This document shows, one piece after another, positions 1 to 11,773 of a DNA stretch of 64,000 bases (its first letter is position 1; each line of letters begins with the position of its first letter). The notes under the pieces were generated by a model. It saw only the letters and a list, made by a program, of their open reading frames with translations. It did no database searches and was not told the origin of the DNA. The stretch is from Thalia democratica (lineage: Eukaryota). The translations under genes were made by a program, and so were the position numbers. The stretch lies in contig OZ241830.1 of NCBI GenBank assembly GCA_965202585.1, positions 31,062,001 to 31,126,000 on the forward strand, in the 5' to 3' direction.

Positions 1-2100
1 GAATTGCTTAAAAAATAAAAAAGATTAAAAAATTTATAGAAGTTCAAAAAGAATCAACAAAGTAACTTCTTAATGAAATACAATCGAGCAGTCTGGAAAA
101 TTATCAAATCTGGCAGAGATGAAAGACTACATAAAATAGTCACTTTTTTTTACTAAATCAGTTTAAAGATATATAAAAAGAGGATGAAAAGATCAGAAGG
201 AGGTAAAAGTTGTAAGGTTTGATAATAATGAATTAAACGTTTAATTGAAAGAAATAAAGAAGGAGATCAGTCGTTAAACTTTACAGCTAGACTACATTGA
301 AAGAAATTTAAAAAGATGAAATGTTGAAATCATTGGGGTGCCGTTTATGAAGAATGAATATGTAGTTTAAGTTGCAGTGGCAGTGATGATAAAATTTGAT
401 CTATAGTTCTTTGAGAAGGATATTGAGTCAGCAAGACAACTGGTCAAAAAAGACAATAAAAATGAAGTAATCAAAAGTTCCAAATTAGTAAAATTCAAAA
501 ATATTAACAATAAAAATTACATATAGACTAGTAAATAGAACCTTGCTGAAGCTAAATTTAATTCATATGATGATTGTACTAAAAGCGTGCACATTAATGA
601 AAATCTTACTTTAAAAAATAAACAATTTATTTTTAAGGCAAATTGTATAAATAAACTAACAACTGGAAGTTCGTATGGACTACAAAAAGAACAGTTTATC
701 TAATAGAAAAAAAAATCAGGTACTGCTAGTAAAAGAAGTGTTTCAGACTTAAAAAATCTAACTTTCTTATTCTGTTAAAAAAACATTTAGTAGTTTAATG
801 TCTGTTAATAAAAGTGTATATTTGTTTAATGTGTAAATGTGGTTTGAAAAATAATTGTATATATTGTGAAATTTGTGGTCAATGATCACATTTCAAATGT
901 AGTACAATTTATGTTTTTAATTTTGTTTTTAAGTAAATATGATGAACCTTTTTTGTTTTACTGTTTAGTACAGGAAATACCTTTAAGTTAAATAAATTAA
1001 AAAGAATTTGAAAAACTCAACTTAAATAATATTGTAATAACAGTTCAAAATTTGTAATAATTGTTATTGTAAAAGCATTTTTTAATATTATATTAGTCAA
1101 ACTAGTAACATTAAATTTTTTATGACAAATAATAGTATATAAAAAAAAATTAACTTAATATAAAGACTTGGCCTATTGTTACGGGGTCTAAGTATTTCTC
1201 TACAGGGGATAACTAGATAAAGGTTTTATGTGTAGTTTTAAATTTTAGTTGCAAATACAGGAAGAATAAAAATAATCTTAGCTTGAGAAATCAATATCCT
1301 CATATAAATTATATTTTATATAATAGGCATCAGTGAGACTAAAATTAATAAAAAAACAAAACAGTTTTTAACATTAACTTGCTAGAATTTTAATTTACAA
1401 TTAAACTCTATGTTAAACTCAGAAGAGGTTTGGGTGTTTGTTAAAGCCTAAATAATTTATTTAATCAGACAAGACTTAAATTTTACAAGTGGTAGTTATA
1501 AATCAACATGGTTAGAAATATCAGAAGGAATTAATGGTAAACATACTTATTGGGATTAATACAACGTCATCGTGGAACCTCAATTCCTAAATTCAGTAAA
1601 AAGTTCTCAGAATTATTGTTAGAAAAATTTGAATAATTATAAAGATGTTTGAATATGTAATATATTAATATAGACAATTTGAATGATAAAGTTGCTTCTG
1701 TGAAATATTACTTGAAACAAATTAATGGCCATGGTCTTACAAACACCATCAAAGTCCAAACTAGAATTAATAATTCTTGGGGTACGTTGACAGACTATTT
1801 TAATGCTTAACTACAGAAAAAAAAATTCAGTGCCTAGTATTTTTTTCAGATATATAAGATAACTTTCCCCTTTTTATAATTCTAAAGTTTGCAATCTAAT
1901 AAAATATAACTTCAATAAAAAATTTAATACTTTCAAGGCATTTTGAAAATTAAAACCAAAATAAGTTAAGCAGACGCTTCAATCATTTTAAGCATACATA
2001 AAAAAAAATTGATTTAACCTCGAAGTTCTATTTATACAAAGTTTAATAACTTGAAAACAATAGAATAAATAAAATAAATTTAAAATGTTCAAAAACCTTC
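1..2100 (+). mobile_element. Decayed CR1/L2-type LINE, 5' part (ORF1, PHD finger, start of APE endonuclease)
   Basis: Manual translation gives NVEIIGVP and VHINENLT...WKFVWT (LINE ORF1-like), CIYCEICGQ*SHFKC at 856-900 (PHD finger) and YIIGISETK at ~1317-1343 (APE). Many stops. Colinear with 35260-37370. Confidence 0.8.
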
Positions 2101-2127
2101 CAAATATAAAATAATGTTAATCTAAAT

Positions 2128-2475
2128 CAGGATTTCCCAAATTTTTTTGCAAATGGCCCCCTTTAAAGAATTTGAAAAAGCAATGGCCCCCTTCAACAAG
2201 ATTACTCATAAACTACAATAAAATACACATAAAACCTTTTTATTTTGCTCTTCATCTGCAACTCTGTATATCTAGTCTAAGTTTCTAAACTACCATAAAA
2301 TACACATAAGACCTTGTTTTTTGCTCTTTATTTGCAACTCAAGAATGTCTAATGTAAGTTTTAAAGTTATGGCCCCATGGCCCCCCTGTTGCACCCCCTG
2401 TTGCTTTACTGCTAATGCCCCCCCCTCTTCCCCCTTTGCTGCTCGTGGCCACTTGGCCCACTATGGGAAACCCTG
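2128..2475. mobile_element. hAT-like MITE
   Basis: Termini CAGGATTTCCC...GGGAAACCCTG. Flanks ATCTAAAT/ATCTAAAG form a 7/8 match to an 8-bp TSD. Confidence 0.8.
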
Positions 2476-2539
2476 ATCTAAAGCATAACTAAAGTTGAAA
2501 TCAAAAATTTGGATAACTAAAGCCATATTAAGGTCTATA

Positions 2540-5400
2540 AAACAAGTTTTAAGCACTGAAAATATCTTGTACAGGTGTAAGTTTGAGATATTTTCCTTTA
2601 TTGAAAGTAAGGAAATGCGCAGACATGCAACAGAGATTTCTCAGAATGTATCAGCAGTAACTTCGTTTTAACGATAGATAAAGCAATCTTTTAGTGTAAA
2701 GTCCCAATATGTACCTTGCAAGCGCTGTAAATGGATGAAATTGTTGTATCATTTTGAAGGGAATAGAACTCAGAATGTAAAACCTTTCAGATATTGTTTT
2801 TCTTGTTGGCGTAGCCAGTCAAAAAAGGTTAATACTGCCTACGATTATGGTTCCTGATTTATGCAAAATACACAAGTAATTTCATAAGACGCTAATAAAT
2901 GAACTTTGTTGATCAACATTATTTTGTCAAGAGAAATTCATGTAGAGCCAAAACATTAAACATTATCCGTGCATCAATTAAAATCACTAAATATAGCACA
3001 GACAATTTTTTTATGGTTAGTGTGTTAACTTATAATGATGCACAGTCAAATCTTTAGGATGGAAGTACTTTCAAGATGCTGGTTTTGGTGAGAATCACCT
3101 ACTTCCTGTATCAACCTAAATTCGGGCTGCTGAAAAATTTCAATAATTCTTTAGGCGTTTTAAGAGCTACTGTTAGTGGAATGTCTCCAAAGAATGAGAT
3201 AGTCAGCTGAAATAGTTGTATTTATGTTAGTGACTGGGTTTTTTTTCTCTATTATGAAAAAAAAGTTGAACTTCTAATCATTAGTAGAGATTTTCCCACT
3301 GTTGGTTCTCAGCTTCCTCATCAGCATTTTACAGTAGTTGCAAATTTAGATGATAAAGAAATGTCATTTAACAACGGCATACAAGTTTTTACTGCAGAGC
3401 AAAAGAACTTGACGTCAATTTTGTACGCGGGGTAATTTTGCACGAAGGGTAAACTTTGCATAAGTTAAATTGTTTGTTTTGTTTTATTTTTTCATTAATT
3501 TTTAACTTTGTTTTTCTAATGTCTTCTTTCTCTTAATTTCACTGTTAACCCTAACTCTTACCCTCTGTCAAAAAAATTGCAGTTCGTGTCATAAGAGCAG
3601 AACAGGTAAGGCAGAAACTTGTAATTTCACTACAGTTCGTGAGTGTGAATGTGGAAAGAAAATGTTACATGTTATATAGAACAAGTACTTAAAATCAAGA
3701 TACTTGCAGGTGTAGGTGACAAATGTATTAGAAGGGAGGTTATAAGCATTGAAGATATCTTGTCAGGGTCCTAGTTTGAGAAAATTTACTTTATTGAAAG
3801 TAAGGAAATGTGCAGACATGCAACAGAGATCTTTCGGAATGTTTCAGCAGTATCTTCGTTTTAAAGACATAAAAAGCAATCTTTTAATGTTAGGTAATCC
3901 AAATGTACCTTGCAAGCACTGTAAACAATTGTTGTATCCTTTAAAAGGGAAAGGAACTTAAAATGTAAAACTTTTCAGATATTCTTTTTCTTGTTGGCGC
4001 AGCCAGTCAAAGAAGATTAATACTGTTTAAACCTATGATGATAGTTCCTTTTTTATGCATCAGAATACACAAGTAATGTCATTAGAAGCTATTTAACCAA
4101 TTAGGTTGAGCAACATTATTTTGACATGAGAAATTTGCGTAGAAATAATACATTCGACTATCCACGTAATTCAATTAAAATCACTAAATTTAGCAAAATT
4201 AAGTTTGTTATGGTTAGTGTGTTAACTGATACTGGTGCACAGTCGAACCTTTGAAAATGAGAAAACTTTCAAGATGCTAGTTTTAGTGAGAATGACCTAC
4301 TTCCTGTTTCAATCGCAATTCGGGCTGCTGACAAAATTTCAATAAATTTTTTAGGCGCTTTCACAGCTACTGTTAGTGGAATGTCTCCAGAGAATAAGAT
4401 AGTCAGCTGAAATATTTTTATTTAAGTCAGTGACTGGATTTTTTTTATCTTGAGGATGCAATCTATAAGATAAACAAGCAGTCATTTTGTGGTGTGAGAA
4501 TCACTATTGAGCATGCCGAAGGAACTCCCCGGTCAAAAAACTCTTACAATGACAGGAAAGGGACATATACAGGGGCCGCAGAGGCGGTTATGGCGGCGTA
4601 AGAGGAGGCTATGGCCATGATGCCTTCGGCAGCTTCAATGACAGGAAAAAGTACAAATACAATCAAGCTTAAAGAACAGAGTATAGATTAATAGTTGAGA
4701 GTTTGTCGTTCAGGATAGACTTAAAGGACTTAAAAAATTTGCTTCGCTCCACTTTTAAAGTGGCGTATGGTAAAGCCCTTAAGGGCCTCAGTGGAGAAGG
4801 GATCTTGGAGGTCCATTCTCAACAAGATTTATACATGGCAATAGACAAGTTTTATTGAACTGAACACAAAGCTAGGAAGTTGCGACCTTTGTACGTTGAC
4901 AGTAGATGTCTACTGCAGAACTAGAGCGGCACCTTTCCACGTAAATGGTACAGGAGTAGAGTTGTTATGGAGGTGCTTCCATATGATCAATTTGTGGTAA
5001 AATTTGATGGTTCACGGAGATTTCCGCGAAGGAATAGAATGTTTTTGAGATTGTACAACCAAATCTCAACGAGTGTTATTGCAAGGGTATTTTAAGTTGG
5101 CGTCGAGATCAACATAGCTCAGAAGAGGATAAGTCATCAATCTTGTGGTTTGACTTCAATGTTTTCAGATGGTTCAAATGACCCCAGAACTAATGAAGCA
5201 AATTTAACTGATAGGAATCATAACAATGTTATGGGAGAGCACACTACTGTTCCTATGAAACAAAGAAATAAAGTACCACTTGCTTTACATTGGTTGAAAG
5301 ACTTAAATACCCCAGTTCCAAATTAGTGATATTAATAAAACCAGAAGAGATTCACGCTAAATTTCACGGTATGTTTAATTGTGTAGAGTTTAATTGCAAT
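2540..5400 (+). mobile_element. Decayed Ty3/Gypsy LTR retrotransposon: gag-protease segment present twice, plus integrase C-terminus
   Basis: AETCNF..CECG gag-like segment at ~3610. VLTDTGAQSNL aspartic protease motif at 4219-4251. KWYRSRVVMEVLPYDQFVVKFDGSRRFPRRNRMFLR at ~4945-5050 resembles a Gypsy integrase tail. 2560-3250 duplicates 3750-4450. LTRs not identified. Confidence 0.75.
4452..4905 (+). pseudogene. SRSF4/5/6-like: Intronless fragment of an SRSF4/5/6 (SRp55/B52-type) SR splicing factor: end of RRM1, Gly/Arg linker and RRM2
   Basis: EDAIYKINKQSFCGVRITIEHA, then a frameshift near 4560, RGRRGGYGGVRGGYG, and [25 protein letters not shown]...EGILEVHSQQDLYMAIDKFY*TE. This parallels the known family sequence DDAVYELNGKELCGERVIVEHA...[25 protein letters not shown]...[23 protein letters not shown]. 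Confidence 0.85.
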
Positions 5401-6228
5401 ATTATATTTTGTTGTATTACAGTTATTTTATTTATTTGTTTTAATTAAAAGCGTTTTCTATGTGAAAAAAAAAGAATTTCGATAGTAGATCCAAATTAAT
5501 TCAATTTTTAATAAATGCATTTTGTTACTTATCTAAATTCCCTTATTAGAGCTTTGTTTACCTTAGGTTCATTTTTACTTAAATAAGCGAAGTGACCCTT
5601 CGTAAACAGTATCGTTATGAAAAAATATCCCTTCGTGAAGAAATGTCATGCATATTTAACCAGTCCCTTGTTTATGTAGTGTTAAAAATTTCAAACAAAA
5701 AAAATTCAAAAGTATTTAAAACTTGAGTTGAAAATTCTGTTCTAAATTTTATATATAATGATCAGTTTAGATCTAAAACAAAATAAATTTTATCATTTCT
5801 AAACATGTATTACTTATACAAGAATTAAAGTTTGAGTAAAATCGTTTTAACTAGTATTTTTAGAAAAGTAAAAAAAAAAGTATAATAGTCACAAAACTCT
5901 TAAAACTTTTGAAAGTAACACACAGTTTAATTAATAGTTTGCTTAAGTACTGAAATAAGATTTTTTTTGGCGATCCTTAAAAATGGATGTTTTTTCTAAT
6001 TTTTAAACTGAAATACAAACCCCATTGTTATATATATACTTAGAATTAGAACAAAAAAAAACAATAAGTATAATAACGATTCGAAAAATGTACTTAACAA
6101 ATTTCATAACTTAAATAAGCTTATTTACAGGTGTTATGATTACAAAACAATGTTTGTTTCTTGTTAATCTAATTTAAAAAAGTTTTTAAATAGTTTACTA
6201 ACATTTACAGTTTACTAGAATATTCCAT

Positions 6229-6295
6229 TTCTCCTTAGTTGTTCAAACTCATACCGAATTCGCTTGATGACTTTGATCGTCTTGGCTGAAGCACC
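6229..6295 (-). other. Candidate spliced exon (non-coding or decayed), paralog of 29403-29476
   Basis: Minus strand ttttttaag|GTGCTTCAG...GAGAAATGGAATATTCTAG...|gtaaat. Shares an AGAAATGGAA...TTCTAG core with the 29.4 kb exon. Confidence 0.35.
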
Positions 6296-6877
6296 TTAAA
6301 AAAACAAACACGTCATATAAAGTTTATTCAATAAAATAAACTTGCAGTGAGCTTTACCTTTAAAATAATTACTGTTAATATAATTATAAAATTAAGAAAA
6401 AAAAGTATTAGTTTTGTTCGTCTTTATAGTTTAGTGTAATTCTTGTACTTAATTACAAGATAAAGTTATTTATTAAGGTAAGTCTGATAATCTTGAATAC
6501 TATTAAGGTAGATATTTAGAAATTTTTACCATGGTATAGTAATATTTTTATTAAGGAATGCATGTTTAGATAGATTCGATACTATATCTTTTATTTTTTA
6601 GGTTTTTATTGGTTTTGCATGAGTTTAATGTTGAGACTATTTACATTGCATTATTAGTTGTAAATTGTATAGACAAAAAAGCTGTATTTTAAAGTGCACT
6701 TATTTTTGTGTAAAAATATAAATATATGAACCATAAGTTTTCTAAATCTTAATAATCTTTTTAATACTTACTATAAAAACATTATATTAATGTGTACTCA
6801 AAAACAAACACTTCTTTTACCAATAAGTTGAGTATTAAATCAATCCTAATTGTCCTGGGCATGACGTTGAACTGTTC

Positions 6878-6966
6878 TGGTGTATGAATCGATAATTGAA
6901 AGGTTTTTTGTACACCAGGTCCTTGGACCAAACCTTTTGAGCGTATTTTTTTATTGTTCAATAAAC
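6878..6966 (+). repeat. Dispersed ~90-bp repeat (core ATAACCGAAAGG...GGTCCTTGGACC)
   Basis: Related copies at ~42272-42360 (+), 56329-56415 (+), 27505-27598 (-), 23190-23270 (-), 33240-33320 (-), 49440-49480 (-), 55340-55390 (-), 56490-56585 (-). Confidence 0.75.
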
Positions 6967-7606
6967 AATAATAATAAAAATGCAAAAAAAAATTTGCAGG
7001 TATTTCAATGCTTAAAAAACAGAAATGAAAATTTTGATCATAAAAACATTAACTTATTTCTTTTAAAATTTTACTTTTTGAATATTAGAAAATAACTTTT
7101 ATTTTATAAACTTTTTTTTGTTTTTTAAAATATATCTTGTCAAAATTGGTATCTTAACATCATAACACCTAAGCATATTGTTCATCTTAATTTTCATTTT
7201 TTTATTTTGAAAAATATAAGATAAATATACAAAATTCATTAAAAGATAGATGAAGTGTAAATTTATATTTTTATTTTTTTTTAAGTCTTGATATTTAATA
7301 AGAACTATTTAAAACAGTTATGAAACCTCAACAGTTATGAAAAAAAAACAGTTGCAGAGAGATTTAGTTTCATATTGTATTTAGTAGTGTTTATATAAAT
7401 TCTTTGCATATAAAAATAATCATTACTAAGTATTTTTATTGTGTTTAAGTTTAAATACAATAATGGCTGGTCTAGGTGAGAATAACAAAATATGTACTAA
7501 AAACCTTTTATGAAACCCAATATTAGTAAAGTATTTTGTAAAAGATTTTTTGTTTTGTAAAAGAAAATTTCGCAATTTTTATTATCACTTAGATTACAGT
7601 TTACTA

Positions 7607-8000
7607 CAGCGGTCCATCTTGGAAACTTAGTAGGCCATAAGCTGAAAAATGGGCCTAGGGGAACATTAAGCTATAAGTTCAAAATTACACGAGATATTCT
7701 CGAGTTGACGGTGAAAACCAATAAAAAAGTCTTAAGCGTATTTAAAAAAGTTTTTAAACTTATCCTAGATATTACGTGAAATTCGAAAAATTAGGGCACC
7801 ATAAGATATAAAAATGGAAGGGGCAAAGGTAATACTTTGAAACTTACTCTACATGTCTTAAAGTTGACGGAAAAGTGAAAAAACTTAAAAAAAAGTCTTA
7901 GAGGTACTAAACATAAGTATTTTGAGAAACTTGGTCGGTGAGGATTATAGCTTTTTAATTTTTTCTGAGAGGGCCTAATGAAAAAAATTGGGAAACCCTG
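7607..8000. mobile_element. MITE-like element
   Basis: Ends in GGGAAACCCTG. The interior resembles 22489-22715 and 54637-54863. Confidence 0.5.
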
Positions 8001-8896
8001 CTTTAAACAGTTTTAAACCATTGGTGTTCCAAAAATTGAACTAAATGTTTTAATTTCTTTATAAGTATATACAGTCATTAGTATCGATAGCTAACAATTT
8101 AATCTCTAATATCAAATAATTTTTTTTTTTTCAAAAATATAATAAGCTGAAAATATGCCTGCTTTTATACTTTGAGTAGAAATCTTAATATCTTACTGTC
8201 CAGATTAACTATGATTAACTTGTGTATGTTTTATTAAAAAAAAAACTACTCGAATTTTTAACTGTTTCTCAATTCAAAAAAGTTTTACTTTAAATAAAAT
8301 CTATTGACAAGTTAATGTACTAATATAAAACTAATGTTTCAAAAAAATTTTCTTTTTAATTTTAAATAAATTAACCTTAGTATAAAATCTAATATATTGA
8401 TTGGATTCAGTCGTTTAAAACTAGACTTAAAACAGAACTATTTAAAACTATACTTTTATAACATATATACACTTCAAATTATTTTTAATAAACTTTTTTT
8501 TTTTAATCGAATTTTATATTAAAGTTCTTTCTAAATAATACTTAACTATCAAAAGAAATCAAGGATAAGTCGGAACTTTGTACAAGTATATAAATTCAAC
8601 AACTAGTTCAATAATAGCAATGAATATCTTTTATATATTTGTTAAGTAATAATTAAGATAAATAATTTAGAGTCATAAATAGAACATGAAAAAAAAATAT
8701 TTAGTTTAATATACTGACATACTGAAGCCATAACTTTAAAATTCATTAAAAGATTTAAAGAATATTTTGAAATAGTATAATTTTTACAAATACATTTGCA
8801 TGTTTGCTGCCATAAAATAATTAAGAAGATTATAAATATGAGAATGACTTGAACTAAATTATTGATTAGGTTTTAAAAATAGATTAGACTTTATAT

Positions 8897-9155
8897 CAGG
8901 GTTCCTTATGTTTTTTTTTCAAATGGCCCCCTCTAAAAAAATAAAAAAAATATGGCGTACTTCTGTCAAAACTCTAAAACTACCATAAAAAACCTGATAC
9001 CTTGTTTTTTGCTTTGCATCAACAATCCAGAATATCTAGTGTAAGTTTCAAATTTTTACCTCATTGTCCCCTTGTGGCTCTTTTACTGCTAATGGCTCCT
9101 TGAGTATCTGTCATGGCCAAAAAAGTGGCAACTTTTTTGACTCAGGGAAAGCCTG
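8897..9155. mobile_element. hAT-like MITE, same family as 2128-2475
   Basis: Termini CAGGGTTCC...GGGAAAGCCTG. Internal CAAATGGCCCCC and TATCTAGTGTAAGTTT blocks are shared with the 2.1 kb copy. Confidence 0.7.
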
Positions 9156-10394
9156 GTTTAAATTATACTGAATAAATTATGCTAGTTAATAGGTAAAATT
9201 TCAACATTATTAATAAAATTGAAAAACATAGTTTGTTTTGTATATATGACGGATAAGATAAACATATTTATTTAATATCAACTACAATAAATAAAAATAA
9301 AATAAAAAGATAAAAATAACTAAGTTTTACAAGATCCAATAATTATTATAATTATGCTTCAAACTGTTGCTTAAACTTTTTATAAATTAAAATTATTAAG
9401 CATTATTCTTAATTACAAATGTCACACTTTAAAACAAACAGCAGGCTAAACATAAAATTAGCCTGAGTCAGCCATAATAATATCCCAAAACTAGATTAAA
9501 AAATAAAAACGATTCTAAAAACATATTAACGAAGTTAATTTGATATAGGAAAATATCAATATGAAGTAGAAACTGATATATACATTATACAGCAATAATC
9601 TAATAAGTAAATTAAAATAAATTAAAAACTACAACATATATTAGAAATAAAGTCCAAGCTAAATGAGTTTTTCAAAAAAATTCACAAAAATTTAAACTAG
9701 CTTGAGTCAACCCTAAATTTTTAAAAGGTATAAACCTAACTTTAATAGTTTTAGTGTATGTTGATTCTTTTGATCAAGGTCTATTTCAAACAAAAATTTG
9801 AAAAATCAAAACAAATAGATTATTGTATTAACAACATTTAAAACGCTTTTACAGTTTACAGATAGGCCAATACTTTACTTACATAAACTTGAAACAATTA
9901 ATTTTGTTTGTTCTGAAGTTTGAATAGATATAAGACAAAAGTCACAATGACCAATAACTAAAATTTTATACTTAAAGTTTACTAAAACTTTTTACATATA
10001 ATAATACTTTAATTAAATAATCTAAAGTATGTTTAGAAAAAATTAAGTTTACCAAAACATCTTTGTTTACAAACTTAAATATTAAAACTGTAGAAATCTA
10101 ACAAATGTAAACATAAAAAATATAACCTGCCAATTTAAAAAAAAGCTTTATGGATAATATTACAATTACACTTGAAACTTAAACAGTTATTTTAGATCTT
10201 ATGAAGTTCAATATACATATATTATTTTCATGAAGTAATCTAAGTTTATCTATAAGTATCAGAAATCACAAATTTGACCTCACAGTGGTATAGAGAGGTA
10301 AAGTAAAATGGATCGTAAATCTAGTGCACTGATTCCATAACTGTTTGAGTACTTTAATATCCAAATTTATTAAAATAAGCACAAGTATTTAAAA

Positions 10395-10739
10395 CAGGAT
10401 TTCCCAAACCATTTAATTTAAAGCCCTTTTAAAAGTTAATAAAAAAAACTACGACCCCTTCCGATAAAATTTCAAACATACCTTAAATAATACGTTTAAG
10501 ACCTAAAACTTTTTTGTTGTGTAATCAACATCTCCATGATATCTAGTGTAAATTTTAAGTTATGGTCTCGTTGCTCCCTCTTTTACAGCTTATGGCCCTG
10601 TAAACATCTAGACTTTTGTTTTAACCTCTTCAACATCACAAATGTAATATTTAGCAAATTATAGACCTAAGTCCCCCTTTGACCCTTTTACTGCTTATGA
10701 CAACCATAATTCTGTAATGGCCTACTTTTGAAAACCTTG
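10395..10739. mobile_element. hAT-like MITE, same family as 2128-2475
   Basis: Termini CAGGATTTCCC...GAAAACCTTG, with shared internal blocks. Confidence 0.65.
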
Positions 10740-11696
10740 ATCTTAGCTATGTAAAATAAGATAAAAAACAATAAAAGAAATTCTAAAAAAAATTGTCCTG
10801 TTTTAAAACCTTTTTTAATTACATTATTTAGCTGTTTGTATGGCTACTAAATGTATTATTTTCTTTAAATTTAAGTTTTAATTAAATTAAAAAATGTTAT
10901 CACTTTGTTTTATACTATTGTGTCTACAATTTAAAAAGCTTTAACTTTATTTGAAGTTTTAATAGATTTAGATTAAGCTTTTTATAATGTGCAGACAAAG
11001 ATGCTTTTTTTAAGATGAATTGTTTTTTAAGTATCTTTTCTAAAGCTTTTTTATAGTATCATTTTTTTGTAATTAAAAGTTTGTGTATATTGAGGGATAC
11101 AAATTAACTTGTAAAATAAAAACATAGATGAGTGATGTTTAATACTAAGTTTTTTTATCTTGTTAAAAGTTTTTATGCCTATAATTACAAAACTTTGACA
11201 TTATGATAAAAAACATTGAAAAAATTATATATAATACAATTATTTTAACAACTAAAAGCACAAATCTTTTTTTAAATAAAAAGGGTTTCATTTCTAGATA
11301 GTTAAACATTAAAAAACTGGAATTTGTATAAAGTAAAATATTGAAAATAAACATTAGTTTTATTAGATAATGGTTAGTCTTAAACTAAAAAATAATAATT
11401 TAGTTTGAATTCTTTTACTCACAAAAAAAAAACACATTTTACTCTATTGAATAGGAACAACTAAAAAAAAGCTAATGAATTCATTGTTACAAAATGTACT
11501 AATCGTTAACATTGGGATAAAAGTATTAAAACAATAAAAGTATAACCATTGATAATTTCGTTATATATATTTACCTAGGTATAAATACATAACCATCTTA
11601 CAAGATCTTTAGAAAAATTTTTGGTTTTAAAGTTTAAAATATGATCACCAGCTTGTTAGAGATGTAAGTTTTATACTGAAATATTTAAAAAACTTA

Positions 11697-11773
11697 ATAA
11701 ATAAAATAAATAAAATAAATAAAATAAATAAAATAAATAAAATAAATAAAATAAATAAAACAAATAAATAAAA
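11697..11773. repeat. (ATAAAATAA)n simple repeat
   Basis: About 8 tandem 9-mers, directly visible. Confidence 0.9.
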
